Positions 46,718 to 60,767 are shown, counted from the first letter of the stretch. The stretch is 64,000 bases of DNA from Macrostomum lignano (GCA_002269645.1 NIVC01002142.1:1-64000); one strand, 5' to 3'. Translations and numbers: made by a program. Notes: a model not told the origin generated them from the sequence alone.

Positions 46718-48544
46718 ATGGCAGAGAGCACCAGCTCAGATATCCTAACCGCTGTAGACGAGTTGCACTCGGCTGGCAAGGAGAAGGAGGCGCGCGACCA
46801 GCTCAAAGCTGAGCTAGCCGCCGGCCGGGAGAGCGCCGAAATCTATTGGCGCCTGGCGCGCGAATGCCGCGGCCTGGCCAACCGCTGCCCAGACAGCGAG
46901 GAGCAGCGCAAGGCGCTCATCTACGAGGCCTTCGAATCGGCTAAAAAGGGCCTGGCAGCCGAGCCGGACAACTGGTCCTGCCACAAATGGATGGGCATCC
47001 TGCTTGACCTGACTGGCCGATTTGAGGGCACTAAGAAGCGCATTGAGAACTCTTTCCTTGTTAAAGAGCATTTCACTAAGGCCTTGGATAAGAAGCCGGA
47101 CGATGCAGTTGTGCTGCACTGCCTCGGAGTCTGGTGCTACGAGGTGGCCAATCTGTCCTGGCTGCAGCGGAACATGGCTGCCGCATTCTTTGCTAAGCCG
47201 CCCACTTCAACCTACGAGGAGGCGCTCGAGTATCTGCTGCGCGCTGAGAAAGGTTACTGAGGCCTTTTCTGTAATTGGATCCTGATGTACTGTGTTGGCA
47301 TTTGGCTATTATAAATAGTCGGAATCTGGACTCGAATTTGTTGAGATCCGATATTCTGGATTCTAGTTGTCTGGTTTCTAGCTGTCAGGATCGGGGCTCT
47401 AGCTGCCAAGATGTGTTCTAGCTGTCAGGATCTAGGTTCTGGCTGTCAGTATTTGGGATCTAGCTGTCAGGATCTGGACTCTAGCTGCCAAGATGTGTTC
47501 TAGCTGTCAGGATCAGGGATCTAGCTGTCAGGATCAGGGATCTAGCTGTCAGGATCAGGGATCTAGCTGTCAGGATCAGGGATCTAGCTGTCAGGATCAT
47601 GGATCTAGCTGTCAGGATCAGGGATCTAGCTGTCAGGATCAGGAATCTAGCTGTCAGGATCAGGAATCTAGCTGTCAGGATCAGGGATCTAGCTGTCAGG
47701 ATCAGGGATCTAGCTGTCAGGATCAGGAATCTAGCTGTCTGTTGTCAGTACCTGAGATCTAGATGTCAGGATCTGGGTTCTACTTCTAGCTGTCACGATC
47801 AGGTCGAATTTCGTCATTCGGACTCTAATTACTTTAATCCCGAATTTAGCCGGGTCTGCACACTAAGCTTCGTGATCTGTGTTCGCAGCCTTCTTAATTC
47901 TCGACGTAATTTTTGCGGACGGACTGAATGCCTTTTTCACATTGCAGCCAGTCCAAATTTCTACGCCTCCAACCTGAACTACATCGGCAAGGCCTATTAT
48001 CAGCTTAAAAAGCTGCCGGAGGCGAAGGAGTTCTTTCAGAAGACCATCAACCACGAGGCTGACGGACACGATGATCGAGAGGTGAGCTGTTGTATTATAT
48101 TTTTCAGGTTGATTGACTTTCAGCTGTCCATATTTATGCATTAACCTGAGAGCCTCATAGGTCATCAGCTTCTACCGTCACCTTGCCAGTTCCTCAGTTG
48201 CTGGGCCAGCCTCCCAGTGTCAGTTGCTGGGCCAGCCTCCCAGAGTGTCAGTTGCTAGGCCAGCCTCCCAGATCCTCAGTTGCTAGGCCAGCTTCCCAAA
48301 TTCTCAGTTGCTGGGCCAGCCTCCCAGAGTGTCAGTTGCTGGGCCAGCCTCCCAGAGTGTCAGTTGCTGTGCCAGTTCCCAGAGTGTCAGTTGCTGGGCC
48401 AGCCTCCCAGATGCTGGGGGCCTAAAGCATTGTGATGCCGCAACAGCAAGGCCATTTTGCAGTGTTACATAGCTTGCAGCCCTCGCTTTGCATGGAAATT
48501 TTCAGGCCAAAAAGGAAGCGGCCAGCCTGATGAAGAAGTGCTGA
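46718..48544 (+). CDS. RMDN1: Regulator of microtubule dynamics protein 1 (FAM82B). Exons 46718-47252, 47948-48081, 48506-48544
   Basis: YWRLAR, CHKWMGILL, GTKKRIENSFLVKEHF, LGVWCYEVA and PPTSTYEEAL motifs, followed by PNFYASNL...AKKEAASL*. Confidence 0.92.
47380..47790. repeat. 21-bp minisatellite (GGATCTAGCTGTCAGGATCAG)
   Basis: Tandem units in RMDN1 intron 1. Confidence 0.93.
48183..48415. repeat. Dispersed ~28-bp minisatellite family, copy 4 (reverse orientation)
   Basis: CAGTTGCTGGGCCAGCCTCCCAGA units are the reverse complement of copies 1-3. Confidence 0.92.
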
Positions 48545-49659
48545 TTGAACCGAATGGTGTGCTGGTGTTCCCATTAACCGTTATATAAGAGACTAAAAGT
48601 TTGCGTTAGCGCAGATTCTGGTTATTCCTTCGCTTCCGCAATAACGATTTTTCCATTCTAGCAATTGTAGCCAATCTCCGCTTGTTTTGACAGGACAAAT
48701 TCCGCGTAGTTAATAAAATTGTTACCGTAATAAAACCGTAATTTTAATAATTCATAGACAGGCTTATTCTCGCTACATTCAATATATGCTTTGTGGACAA
48801 TAAAGAGATTTGTTTAGAAATGTTCACTCACTTTATTTTAGTTCTAATTTATTTGTTATAGTTTGCTGACCAGAATTTCTAAGAATGAATCCCAGACTTT
48901 CTTTTCATTAAAATAAAGTCTACTGATTTAAAAAAATTGTTTTCAAAGTTGTATGAAAAAAAATTTTATGAGCCCGACAGATCTGGTTTCTTTTATTATC
49001 AGTCTAATTTTCTATTTTTGCTTCTTATCGCTTCTGAAGATTTTTCACTTGCTGAATGAGAATAGCGATTAGTTTAGTAATATATATTACTGCAAGTAGT
49101 GACTGAATAGTGTGCAGATGTCCATAAAGTCACGTGTTAATGCTGTGTACACAAAATGTTATATGACTGGGGTTACATTTTTCCAGCGCAATATAGAGAC
49201 TTATAAACAAAAACGTAAAATTGACTGGGTTGAGGAAAAAATTATTAAAGCAAATAAATGAGATCGTATTTTCATGAACTGGATTATGTAATTTAGATAT
49301 ACGATAGTTTAGACATGTCAAAGTAAAGAACTCGTTAAAAATGATGCCAGGAGGACACCAAGACAGACAAACTTGGCCATAGACTATAAATTCAGAATTA
49401 AAATCAGACGCGCAGCCTATCCAAAACGAGGACAAGTCCTCGGTTTAACTCAACTTTCTCTGAACTGAAAATTTGTACTCTGGCTCTGGCTCCACCGATC
49501 CCAACAGAAAACCAATTTGCTGTAGTAAAAATTTCAAATCAATTATTCTAAGTTTACCCGTTCAAAGGTTTAACAAAATTCTCGTTAACTTTAAAAAAAT
49601 AATATTTTGGAGCTTCGAATTTTTACATAGTACACTGTACTTAATAGCGCCTGCGGCGC

Positions 49660-49950
49660 CAAAATAAGTGCATGCGGGGCTAAATGAGTGCATGCGGCGC
49701 TAAAATGAGTGCATGCGGCGCTAAAATGAGTGCATGCGGCGCTAAAATGAGTGCATGCGGCGCTAAAATGAGTGCATGCGGCGCTAAAATGAGTGCATGC
49801 GGCGCTAAAGTGAGTGCTGTGGCGCTAAAATGAGTGCATGGGGCGCTAAAATGAGTGCCTGCGGCGCTAAAATGAGTGCCTGCGGCGCCAATATGAGTGC
49901 ATGCGGCGCTAAAATGAGTGCCTGCGGCGCTAAAATGAGTGCCTGCGGCG
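49660..49950. repeat. 21-bp minisatellite (AAATGAGTGCATGCGGCGCTA)
   Basis: Tandem units between RMDN1 and the HD-like gene. Confidence 0.93.
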
Positions 49951-50128
49951 CCTATATTAGCACTGATTCTAAAAATTTATGGTTTTGTACATGTAGAATT
50001 CTTGGCTTTGTCCCCCCACCATAAAATCCATGGCGCCGCCCCTGCTACAAACCACAAATAAGTTTGCCAATCCATCGCTAGAGCTTCAGAGACGCGCTTT
50101 CCCAGAAACCCATTAAAGAATAATTATT

Positions 50129-50923
50129 TCAATCCAAGTGTTCTTGCAAACTTTGCACCTGTTCAATAGCCACTGCCAGCAGCCGGCAGATCAAGCCTCG
50201 CTGTCCAGTGCAGCAATATCTGTCCAAATGCACGGGCTGGAATTGCAGCAGTTGACTAGCACAATCTTTCGGCACTGTGCCAAAGAATCGCCGCTCCAGC
50301 TCCATGGCGGACATGTCGTACACAGATTCCAACAGGTAGCGCCAGGTCATTGGTCGGCCCTGCCAGTACTGCGGATGATGCTCGTTGCGGCTGTAGTGCA
50401 GCTGCAGGCCTCTCTGCCAGGCCTCTTCATCTGGTTGGCCCAGTTGGTTGCTGGGGTACCAGCGCTGCGCGTAGGTTACTGTCTCAACAAACTCGAACTT
50501 GCTGTCATCGTGTCGATCGATCTGTTCATCCGTGGGATCCAGCTCCGGCTGAAGCTCCGGTGTTAGGCAGCCTTCTGTTAGCAGAATCTTCTTCACTTGG
50601 CCCACCATTACACCGTTGAATAGCTGATAGCAGTGCTTCACTTGGGATTTGTGACGGTTCACATACTCATAATAAGTCTTCACATTCAGGTCCAACCATA
50701 GCAGCTTAGTAAAGTCGTGAACGTCTGGTATTTCTGCAGCTGACTTGCGCAGCATCTGCAGCTCCGACTCAGCCAGCAGTTGCCTGTCGCTAGGCCAAAG
50801 CGATAAAATTATTTTCATTATGCAGCCGTATGGCGAGAGCAGGCGTAAACTCTCTCGCTGTCCAGATTGGACACCTGCGGTGCTGATGAATTTCTCTTTG
50901 GTATCCGCCGCTGCCATCTGCAT
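50129..50923 (-). CDS. Intronless HD-superfamily-like protein (DUF5662-type)
   Basis: 264-aa ORF with YVNRHKSQV, RHDDSKF..VE...Y, HYSRNEHHPQYW and LLESVYDM, the H/HD/HxxxNxHHP/ExxxD pattern recalled for DUF5662. Confidence 0.65.
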   Translation of the reverse strand: MQMAAADTKEKFISTAGVQSGQRESLRLLSPYGCIMKIILSLWPSDRQLLAESELQMLRKSAAEIPDVHDFTKLLWLDLNVKTYYEYVNRHKSQVKHCYQLFNGVMVGQVKKILLTEGCLTPELQPELDPTDEQIDRHDDSKFEFVETVTYAQRWYPSNQLGQPDEEAWQRGLQLHYSRNEHHPQYWQGRPMTWRYLLESVYDMSAMELERRFFGTVPKDCASQLLQFQPVHLDRYCCTGQRGLICRLLAVAIEQVQSLQEHLD

Positions 50924-51781
50924 TGTTGCGGATTTGCTGTTGTTGAAGCTCTCGCTAATTTTTTGTGGTATTTGCAGACTGCTCTAAGCTTTAGGTTCCT
51001 ACAAATGGGATAATTCTTGTGCTGCAATGGCTAAAATTAATTTCTCAAACTGCATCTGAACGGTGAAATCTCTGGTGTGAATGCAGTAAACAAGCCGAGA
51101 GGTGGTGCCATGGAATTGCCGCGGCCTCCCCATGGACTTCACTGCATGGGCAGTACATACATATAGTTAGGCATTTAGATCTCCTGCACAGCATACTCTG
51201 CTCTAGCGCGAGTGTAATGTGTAATCGGAAACTTCATTTCGCTATATTTTGTTCGTCCCTCTTTTTACGATTCTAAAAGATGTCGTACTATATTACGAGC
51301 GTATTCGAGCTATGCATATATGCATGTCTCCTAGTAGCGAGTCCTAGCCATGATGTTAATTAGAAAAATTAAATTGTATTGAACGTATAACTTACAACCA
51401 GCTTTAGCTGATTTAAACACCCTTTATTTTTAGGCTAGCTATCTCCTTCTTTGAGATATTACTGTTCACACGTACATGTTGCTCGTTCCTCAAAAAACGA
51501 AGCAATTAAAAATATGACAATTAAAAGGTACGCGTAGATTGCACTATAGGCTGCTATTTTCTGTGCACCAAGTGACCGATCGGCAGTTCGCTTCAGAAAT
51601 GCACGTGATATGTCGTACTCGTACTCGGTTCTAAGCTATCTAGTTTTATCCTTCGATATAGAGCACCGTCTATCTTTACTTTTTACCACGTGTATTTTTT
51701 GGGTTTTATTGACCTGAAACAAATTCCTTATGATCTAAAACAATATGCTGCAATTGTAGCTGATACATGACATGCACATGC

Positions 51782-51962
51782 ATATTTCCATTGTTCATTT
51801 GCTTGCACAGTATATATTGCACTTTTATTCATGTATGCTAGATATATAGTAGCACTTTTTAGCATATATATAGCATATATATTAGCATACATGTCTTATA
51901 TACCTAGCATACATAAATAAAATGCTATGTATACAGTGCAAGCAAATGAACAATGGAAATAT
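51782..51962. repeat. ~180-bp AT-rich palindrome (MITE/foldback-like)
   Basis: ATATTTCCATTGTTCATTTGCTTGCAC pairs with its reverse complement at the right end. The inner TTTTATT(C)ATGTATGCTAG arm also pairs. Confidence 0.8.
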
Positions 51963-54157
51963 TCTTGGTCTATTTACTTGGCATCGATTTTTCGCTTTCG
52001 AGTTGCATTTTCACTGGCAACAAGTAATCAGTAAACAGGGAAACATGATTATTTTAATTTTAAATTGAAATAGAAACAAAAAAATCGTAACTTTAAAAAT
52101 TCGAGTTTTAAATCTAGAAAAGTTTCTGCGCACAAAACGATTTGTTTTTCTAAGTGTGCATCACTAAGTGGCTATGATTTAACTGTTGATATTCTTGGAA
52201 GTCAGTTTAGTGTCAGTGTCAGTCATTACTCGAGGCCGTCAAGGGGCACAAAATTTTTTATTTATTTGATTGAGATTACCAGAATGCTAGAAAGTGCAGT
52301 TCATTAACTTTTTGTCATGCAATGCATATTACCCATTTGAATAATATTTCATTCCGTCAGATGCAAATCTGAATATCACACTTTCTTAGAATTTCATTTT
52401 AGTGAGAGATTAAGAGTAATTTTTATTATTAATAATTATTATAACTAAAAAAATTATATGTATGACAATTCAGTTGCAATAAAAAATCGGGTTAAACATC
52501 TTGCTTGTAGTTGCATTTGGAATCAAGATTTTTTCTTGGCCCTGGTATAGTAGGCCTATTACTATTAACTAAGTACAGTATTATTAGTAAGACCTATATT
52601 CTATTCTAATTTCTTGATCCTATTTTAATTTCTATGCATTTATACCCATAAAGTCTTGTTGAAGTCTTTGAAAATATTTTACTTATTAAGTTATAAACAT
52701 TTTTATTATGCTAAAAGAACAACTTTAGTCTTTAGATAACTTTGTTTTATTGACAAGGCAGTGATTATTTGTCCGGTACCAGCTGAGCTGCGTGAATTTA
52801 TATGCCACTCTGCACATCTTTTCTAGCAAGGTATACTAGCAACTAGTGTAATGTTAGAGTGTCTTCCTGATGATTAGTCAGTACTGAGTTCAAATCTGTA
52901 GTGATGACTCCACTTTTTATTGTAACAATTCCAATTTTTATTATTGTAACATATTGTTACTGTAAAATATGTTAAAATGTAACAAAATGTAACAGTATTG
53001 TTACATATTGTTACATTTTAATATTGTAACAATTGTAATAACTATAAGTCCTTACTTTGGCATTTGTGTTATATAGCAGCAAATCTTGTTATTAATTTTG
53101 ACTATACTATGACTACTATTTACTATGAAATTAAAACATACCAATATGTATAAAATAAAATATAATAAAGGTAAAACTTATACAAAACTGCTAGATTGGG
53201 CAATGACATATAGACTAGGCCTATGCCCAAGTATTTTTTGCCAAAATTTCTAGAATTTCTGAGAAATAGCACTATTTAATCACATCAAATTTTTTCTGCT
53301 TTCTAGCCTAAAAGTAAACTGCTACTTTTTTAGTATTCCCTATATTTTACAAGTTTTTATCGTATATCTACATCTATACTGCGCCGGACAAATAACTTTA
53401 CTATTATTTATCTGGTACTAGACAAATAATAGTTACGTTATTCATCTAATACTGGACAAATAGTCACTGCCTATTGACAAACTTGCATAGCTTGTTTTAA
53501 CTATTGAAAAATTTTATTTCATCTATATTCTTACATTTTAGGTCTATTAACAAATTTAAAATAAACCCTTCTGCAATAGAAGAAATTTGATATATTGAAT
53601 ATGCTATACTATATTAGTGTTTAACTTGTATTGCTTTAGTTTACCCCGTTATTATAAAATGGGTACCAACATTAGCTAGAAACTGAAGGTGTATAGCAAC
53701 CTAGTTCTTGGACTGAATAGCTATACTAGTATTAGACACAAGTCTAATAAAAAAGATTATTAGGTATAAAATTTTTATTAAAATTAATTGACTAATATTA
53801 AGAATTTTGTATTTATAGATTGATAACTTTGTATTAATAATTTATGAGTTTATAATAAATTTATTGTTCTAGCACTTATTGTAATGCCAATAAGACCAAA
53901 AGTTATATATAGACCTATAATATTTGCTGTTGAATATTAAATACCACAAGGCTATAACATTCTATATATGGTTATATAGTGACATTTAATTTGTATTGCT
54001 AAGATATCTAGTTATAATTTCTTAGGATTTTCTATATTGATAGCATAGATTTACATATTTATGCTAGATGTAATTGTGTTAAGTTAAAAAACTTTTATCA
54101 GGGATTATTGCTATTGCTATTAAAATTTAAATTCAATACTTAATACTTTCTGACAAG

Positions 54158-57100
54158 ATGAATGGCAATAACTCTGCAATTAGTTTGGATGAACATGTCA
54201 GTAATGGCAATGGCATAGCTGCTAAATCTAGCAAACCAATGAGACAAAACAGCACCTACTCTGACTGGGAGGTCGAAAAGAACAAGAATAAGCAGTTTCA
54301 TGAAGACTTCACAATTAATAATTTCTTCTGGTAAGAAACAAGCTGTGAATGCTGTATGAAAACACTTGGTTGTTTTCTAGGGCTATGATGCTAGATTAGC
54401 AATCATTGTATTCATTCATCTATGATATTGGATAGATTAGTAATCATCATATTCCTTCATCCATGATATTGGCTAGATTAGCAATCTATTCTATTCATTC
54501 ATCCATGATGTTGGCTAGATTAGCAATCTATTCTATTCATTCATCCATGATGTTGGCTAGATTAGCAATCTATTCTATTCATTCATCCATGATGTTGGCT
54601 AGATTAGCAATCTATTCTATTCATTCATTCATGATATTGGCTGGATTAGCAATCCATTCTATTCCTTCATCCATGATATTGGCTAGATTAGCAATCTATT
54701 CTATTCCTTCATCCATGATTTTGGCTAGATTAGCAATCCATTCTATTTCTTCATCCATGATATTGGCTAGATTGGCAATCCATTCTATTCCTTTATCCAT
54801 GATTTTGGCTAGATTAGCAATCCATTCTATTCCTTTATCAATGACATTGGCTAGATTAGCAATCCATTCTATTCCTTCATCCATGATGTTGGCTAGATTA
54901 GCAATCCATTCTATTTCTTCATCCATGATGTTGGCTAGATTAGCAATCCATTCTATTCCTTCATCCATGACATTAGCTAGATTAGCAATCATCATATTCC
55001 TTCATCCATGATGTTGGCTAGAGTAGCAATCCATTCTATTCCTTCATCCATGATATTGTCTAGATTAGCAATCCATTCTATGCATTCATCCATGATATTG
55101 GCTAGATTGGCAATTCATTCTATTCCTTCATCCATGATATTGTCTAGATTAGCAATCCATTCTATTCCTTCATCCATGATATTGTCTAGATTAGCAATCC
55201 ATTCTATGCATTCATCCATGATATTGGCTAGATTAGCAGTCCATTCTATTCATTCATCCATGATGTTGGCTAGATTAGCTATCCATTCTATTCCTTCATC
55301 CATGACATTGGCTAGATTAGTAATCCACTTTACTATCATTAGCAGTGTCATACACGACACGCAAGCATTCCTACTGTAAGTAGCAATCAGAGAAATTGTC
55401 AACTCGCAACCGCAGGCGGACGCACACGATAACCTGTCTGGTGGTTCTGTGTGGCACCTTGATCTACGTGACCGGATTCGAGGAGCCCAGCGCCAACACG
55501 GAGTTCAATACTAAGCGCGGTATTCTAGCCGTACTGCTCGTGTTTCTCTTCTACGGGGTCATCTACACGCCCGATGGGCCGTTCGTGCGGCCTCACCCGG
55601 CCTTCTGGCGATTCGTTCTCTGTCTGAGCGTAGCCTACGAGCTCGGCCTCATATTTATCTTGTTCCAGGTGCGAAGTCCCAGACTGGCCTGATTTTGTCA
55701 TGTGGGGGCTTCGGAGAGTATTGCATAAAGCATTTATGTATTTATGTAAAGCTAGAGCTCGTATGTGGGATTCAGGATTCAGGTATAGTGGTGTACATTC
55801 ACAGTATAGTAGTGTACATTCACAGTATAGTGGTGTACATTCACAGTATAGTAGTGTACATTCACAGTATAGTGGTGTACATTCACAGTATAGTAGTGTA
55901 CATTCACAGTATAGTAGTGTACATTCACAGTATAGTAGTGTACATTCACAGTATAGTAGTGTACATTCACATTATAGTAGTGCACATTCACAGTATAGTA
56001 GTGTACATTCACATTATAGTAGTGTACATTCACAGTATAGTAGTGTACATTCACAGTATAGTAGTGTACATATTCACAATGTGTCAGCACTATGTACAGT
56101 ACACTTACGCGTACCTGATGTGCCAATAGCAAGATGGGAAGTCGGGATTGTGGAATTTTTTTTTCCAAAAACACAGTTCCAATTTGATCCAATTAGTGTG
56201 ATATTTCACTAAGCTAGCTGTCTGTGCCTTCTGTCGTGCCTATTGACTGTACTCTGTAAATCAGATAGTACTTTAGTACAGTCAGTTAGTACGGTCGTAT
56301 ATTGTAAACTGAATTATCCTTTAGTTTGCGTGCTGCTCAAGCTCAATTTCCGGAATCCTTTGAAGTTCTCTTCTCTCTAGCCCAAATTTTAATTTCCTTA
56401 CCTCTTTCTCTCCTCCCCTGCCTTTATTCTTTATTATCCTTTCTTAATAAGCTGCGCGCCATTCTTAACTGTTCCTGCTATCCTCCTCGTGAGCTTGTTT
56501 GCATGTAGCTAGACTGCGCTAGTTATATTGCTTTGCCTTGTCTCTTTAATCCCCCCTTTTTGGCCTGTTCTTTGTGTAGTCATTACCATTAATTAATTTA
56601 GCGTTCGAATATCCTTTTTTGCTGTTTCTTTGTCTTTATTGTGGTTAGAAACTTGAATATGTCAATAGTATCTCCCATTTGTTAGGTCTTTTAGAGAAAT
56701 GCCAAAGCTAAAAACTAGAACAACTCATTAGTTATCTTCTTGGCAAGAGTAAATCAAATTATTTGCTGTTTTGTGATTGGTTATGGAAAATAGGACAAGC
56801 TGTTCTCTTATTGGTTGTGAAGAATCTGACAAGATGTTATCTGATTGTTTGAGAAGAATATGACAGGCTGTTCTCTGATTGGCTGTGAAGAATCTGACAA
56901 GCTGTGTTTTGATTGGCTGTGAAGAATCTGACGAGCTGTTTTTTGATTGGCTGTGAAGAATCTGACAAGCTGTTATCTGATTGTTTGAGAAGAATATGAC
57001 AGGCTGTTCTCTGATTGGCTGTGAAGAATCTGACAAGCTGTGTTTTGATTGGCTGTGAAGAATCTGACGAGCTGTTTTTTGATTGGCTGTGAAGAATCTG

Positions 57101-57868
57101 ACAAGCTGTTTTTTGATTGGCTGTGAAGAATCTCACAAGCTGTTTTTTGATTGGCTGTGAAGAATCTTGGCTGTGAACAAGCTGTTTTTTATTGGTTCTG
57201 AAGATCTTGGCTGCGAACAAGCTGTTTTTTGACTGGTTGTGAAGAATCTGACAAGCTGTTCTCTGATTAGCTGTGAAGAATCTGACAAGCTGTTTTCTGA
57301 TTGGCTGTGAAGAATCTTGGCTGTGAACAAGCTGTTTTTTATTGGTTCTGAAGATCTTGGCTGCGAACAAGCTGTTTTTTGACTGGTTGTGAAGAATCTG
57401 ACAAGCTGTTCTCTGATTAGCTGTGAAGAATCTGACAAGCTGTTTTCTGATTGGCTGTGAAGAATCTTGGCTGTGAACAAGCTGTTTTTTATTGGTTCTG
57501 AAGATCTTGGCTGCGAACAAGCTGTTTTTTGACTGGTTGTGAAGAATCTGACAAGCTGTTCTCTGATTGGCTGTGAAGAATCTGACAAGCTGTTCTCTGA
57601 TTAGCTGTGAAGAATCTGACAAGCTGTTCTCTGATTAGCTGTGAAGAATCTGACAAGCTGTTCTCTGATTGGCTGTGAAGAATCTGACGAGCTGTTCTCT
57701 GATTGTTACAGTTATTACAGTTTTATTTGAATCTCTCTTGAATCTCTGAGAGAGAGAGAGGAGGGCACCTCCAATCTCAGGCCCTGACACGGTAGAAAGG
57801 ACTGAACAAAGTCAATATAGTTGGATTGCCGATATTTCGAATTAGGTAAATTTTTCGTCAGGGCTGGA

Positions 57869-57955
<87 letters not shown>

Positions 57956-60498
57956 CTTCCCCTTCCCCACCGCTCCAGAACGTCCACGACGCCAGAAAGC
58001 TTTTGCGCTACTTCGACCCTGAGCTCGGCCGGCCCCTGCCAGAGAAGGACTACGGCGGCAACTGCTTGATCTACGATCCGGCCAACGCCACTGATCCGTT
58101 TCACAATGTCTGGGACAAACTGGACGGCTTTGTGACCGTGCATTTCTTCGGCTGGTGGCTTAAAACTCTCATATTGCGAGACTATTGGCTCTGCTGCGTG
58201 CTCAGCTTTATGTTCGAGATACTGGAGTACACGCTTGAGCACCAGCTGCCCAACTTCTCCGAGTGCTGGTGGGATCACGTGAGTTCAATTTGAATAATAA
58301 TAATTGATTGCACCTGCCCTAATTGGGCCAGGTGTGCAACCGACAGCTCAGCCGCAGCTATTGCGCGGCGCATCTGAAGGCTGGGGGTGGCCACACACAC
58401 CCTCAATTACCCCAGCTAATGCTGGCACCCATTCTACAACTATTTTACAGCACCACTAGGCTACAAAACATCCTTTTTTAGCTTTTTTATATCATACAAA
58501 GTAGTTTTTATGAAATATGAGTAACCAATGACACTGTAGGAAAGTTGCGGGCACCCTGCCGCAAGCAATCCATTCAGTTTGAAAGGCCAAGCTGGCACCC
58601 TGAGATCGAATATTTTCAGTCGCGTTCGAACTAATTAATTAACCTATTCAAGCTTAAATTTTGCAACAATATACGTACGATTTAGCAAGCTGTCTATTAA
58701 TTGAAATTTTCCAGTGGATCATGGACTTCCTACTATGCAACGGGCTGGGCATTGTGATGGGCATGAAGACCTGCAACTACCTGTCATTGAAGCCGTATTA
58801 CTGGACCTCAATGTGGAACATCCCGGGCTACAAGTGAGTCTCATGTGAATCCCCATCAGATTCAGTGAAATCCCCATCAGATTCAGTGAAATCCTCATCA
58901 GATTCACTGAAATCCCAATCAGATTCAGTGAAATCCCCATCAGATTTACCAGTTAGATCCCCATCAGATTCAGTGAAATCCCAATCAGATTCAGTGAGAT
59001 CCCATCAGATTCAGTGAAGTCCCCATCAGATTCAGTGAAATGCTCATCAAATTCAGTGAGATCCCATCAGATTCAGTGAAATCCCCATTAGATTCAGTGA
59101 AATCCCCATCAGATTCAGTGAAATCCCCATCAGATTCAGTGAAATCCTCATCAGATTCACTGAAATCCCAATCAGATTCAGTGAAATCCTCATCAGATTC
59201 ACTGAAATCCCAATCAAATTCAGTGAGATCCCATCAGATTCAGTGAAATCCCCATCAGATTCAGTGAAATCCTCATCAGATTCACTGAAATCCCAATCAA
59301 ATTCAGTGAGATCCCATCAGATTCAGTGAAATCCCCATCAGATTCAGTGAAATCTCAATCAGATTCAGTAAGATCCCCATCAAATTCAGTGAAATCCCCA
59401 TCAGATTCAGTGAGATCCCATCAGATTCAGTGAAATCCCCATTAGATTCAGTGAAATCCCCATCAGATTCAGTGAAATCCCCATCAGATTCAGTGAAATC
59501 CCCATCAGATTCAGTGAAATCCCCATTAGATTCAGTAAAATCCTCATCAGATTTAGTGAAATCCCAATCAGATTCAGTGAGATCCCATCAGATTCACTGA
59601 AATCCCCATCAGATTCAGTGAAATCCCAATCAGATTCAGTGAAATCCCCATCAGATTCAGTGAGATCCCATCAGATTCAGTGAAATCCCCATCAGATTCA
59701 GTGAAATCCCCATTAGATTCAGTGAAATCCTCATCAGATTCAGTGAAATCAACATCAGATTCGGTGAAATCCCCTTCAGATTCAATGAGATCCCCATCAG
59801 ATTCAGTGAAATCCCCTTCAGATTCATTGAAATCCCCATCAGATTCAGTGAAATCCCCATTAGGTGCACAGTCGTCAGTTTTAGAGATTGAGATATAAAA
59901 CGTCACGCACGCGCACCGCTAATTGCATCAATTTCGCATCTTCAAAGGTTTCTTACTTGGAGGCCCCCAAGTCTTGAGCTCAGGGTCATCATTAGACTGA
60001 AGAGTTACTAGTAAGGTTGAGTATTATTTTAGCCATAGGCAGGTTTCAGTACGCATTAAGTCAAATTCCTGGTCTTGTGCTTCTCAAACATATAATTGGT
60101 TTTGTTGTAGTTTACAACGTGTTCAGTCAGTCTAGTCTTCGGACACTTGCATACGGTTTTAGTTTTATGCGGTAGATTCTTGGTAGGGAAATTTTGTTCG
60201 CGATTTTCTCTTTCAAGGGGCAAACTGAAGCGGTTCGTGCTGCAGTTCACGCCCTATCGATGGACCGACTTCGACTGGACGCCGACCAAGTCGTTCAGGC
60301 GCTGGGTGATCATGCTCATGGTCATCGCCATGTTCCTGCTGGCCGAGGTCAACACCTTCTATTTGAAGTACGTGCTGTGGGTGCCGCCTCCGCACTTCCT
60401 GTGCCTCGGCCGCCTCGTCTTCTTCCTGTTTATGGGCGCCACCGCGATGCGAGAGGTCTTCCAGTACCTGGATGATCCGTGAGTGCCGGCTGCCTGCC

Positions 60499-60574
<76 letters not shown>

Positions 60575-60700
60575 AGCCTTTCTGTCTGTCTGTCTGTCTG
60601 TCTGTCTGACTGTCTGTCTGTCTGTCTGTCTGTCTGTCTGCCTGTCTGTCTGTCTGCCTGTCTGCCTGTCTGTCTGTCTGTCTGTCTGTCTGTCAGCCTT

Positions 60701-60731
<31 letters not shown>

Positions 60732-60734
60732 GAC

Positions 60735-60767
<33 letters not shown>

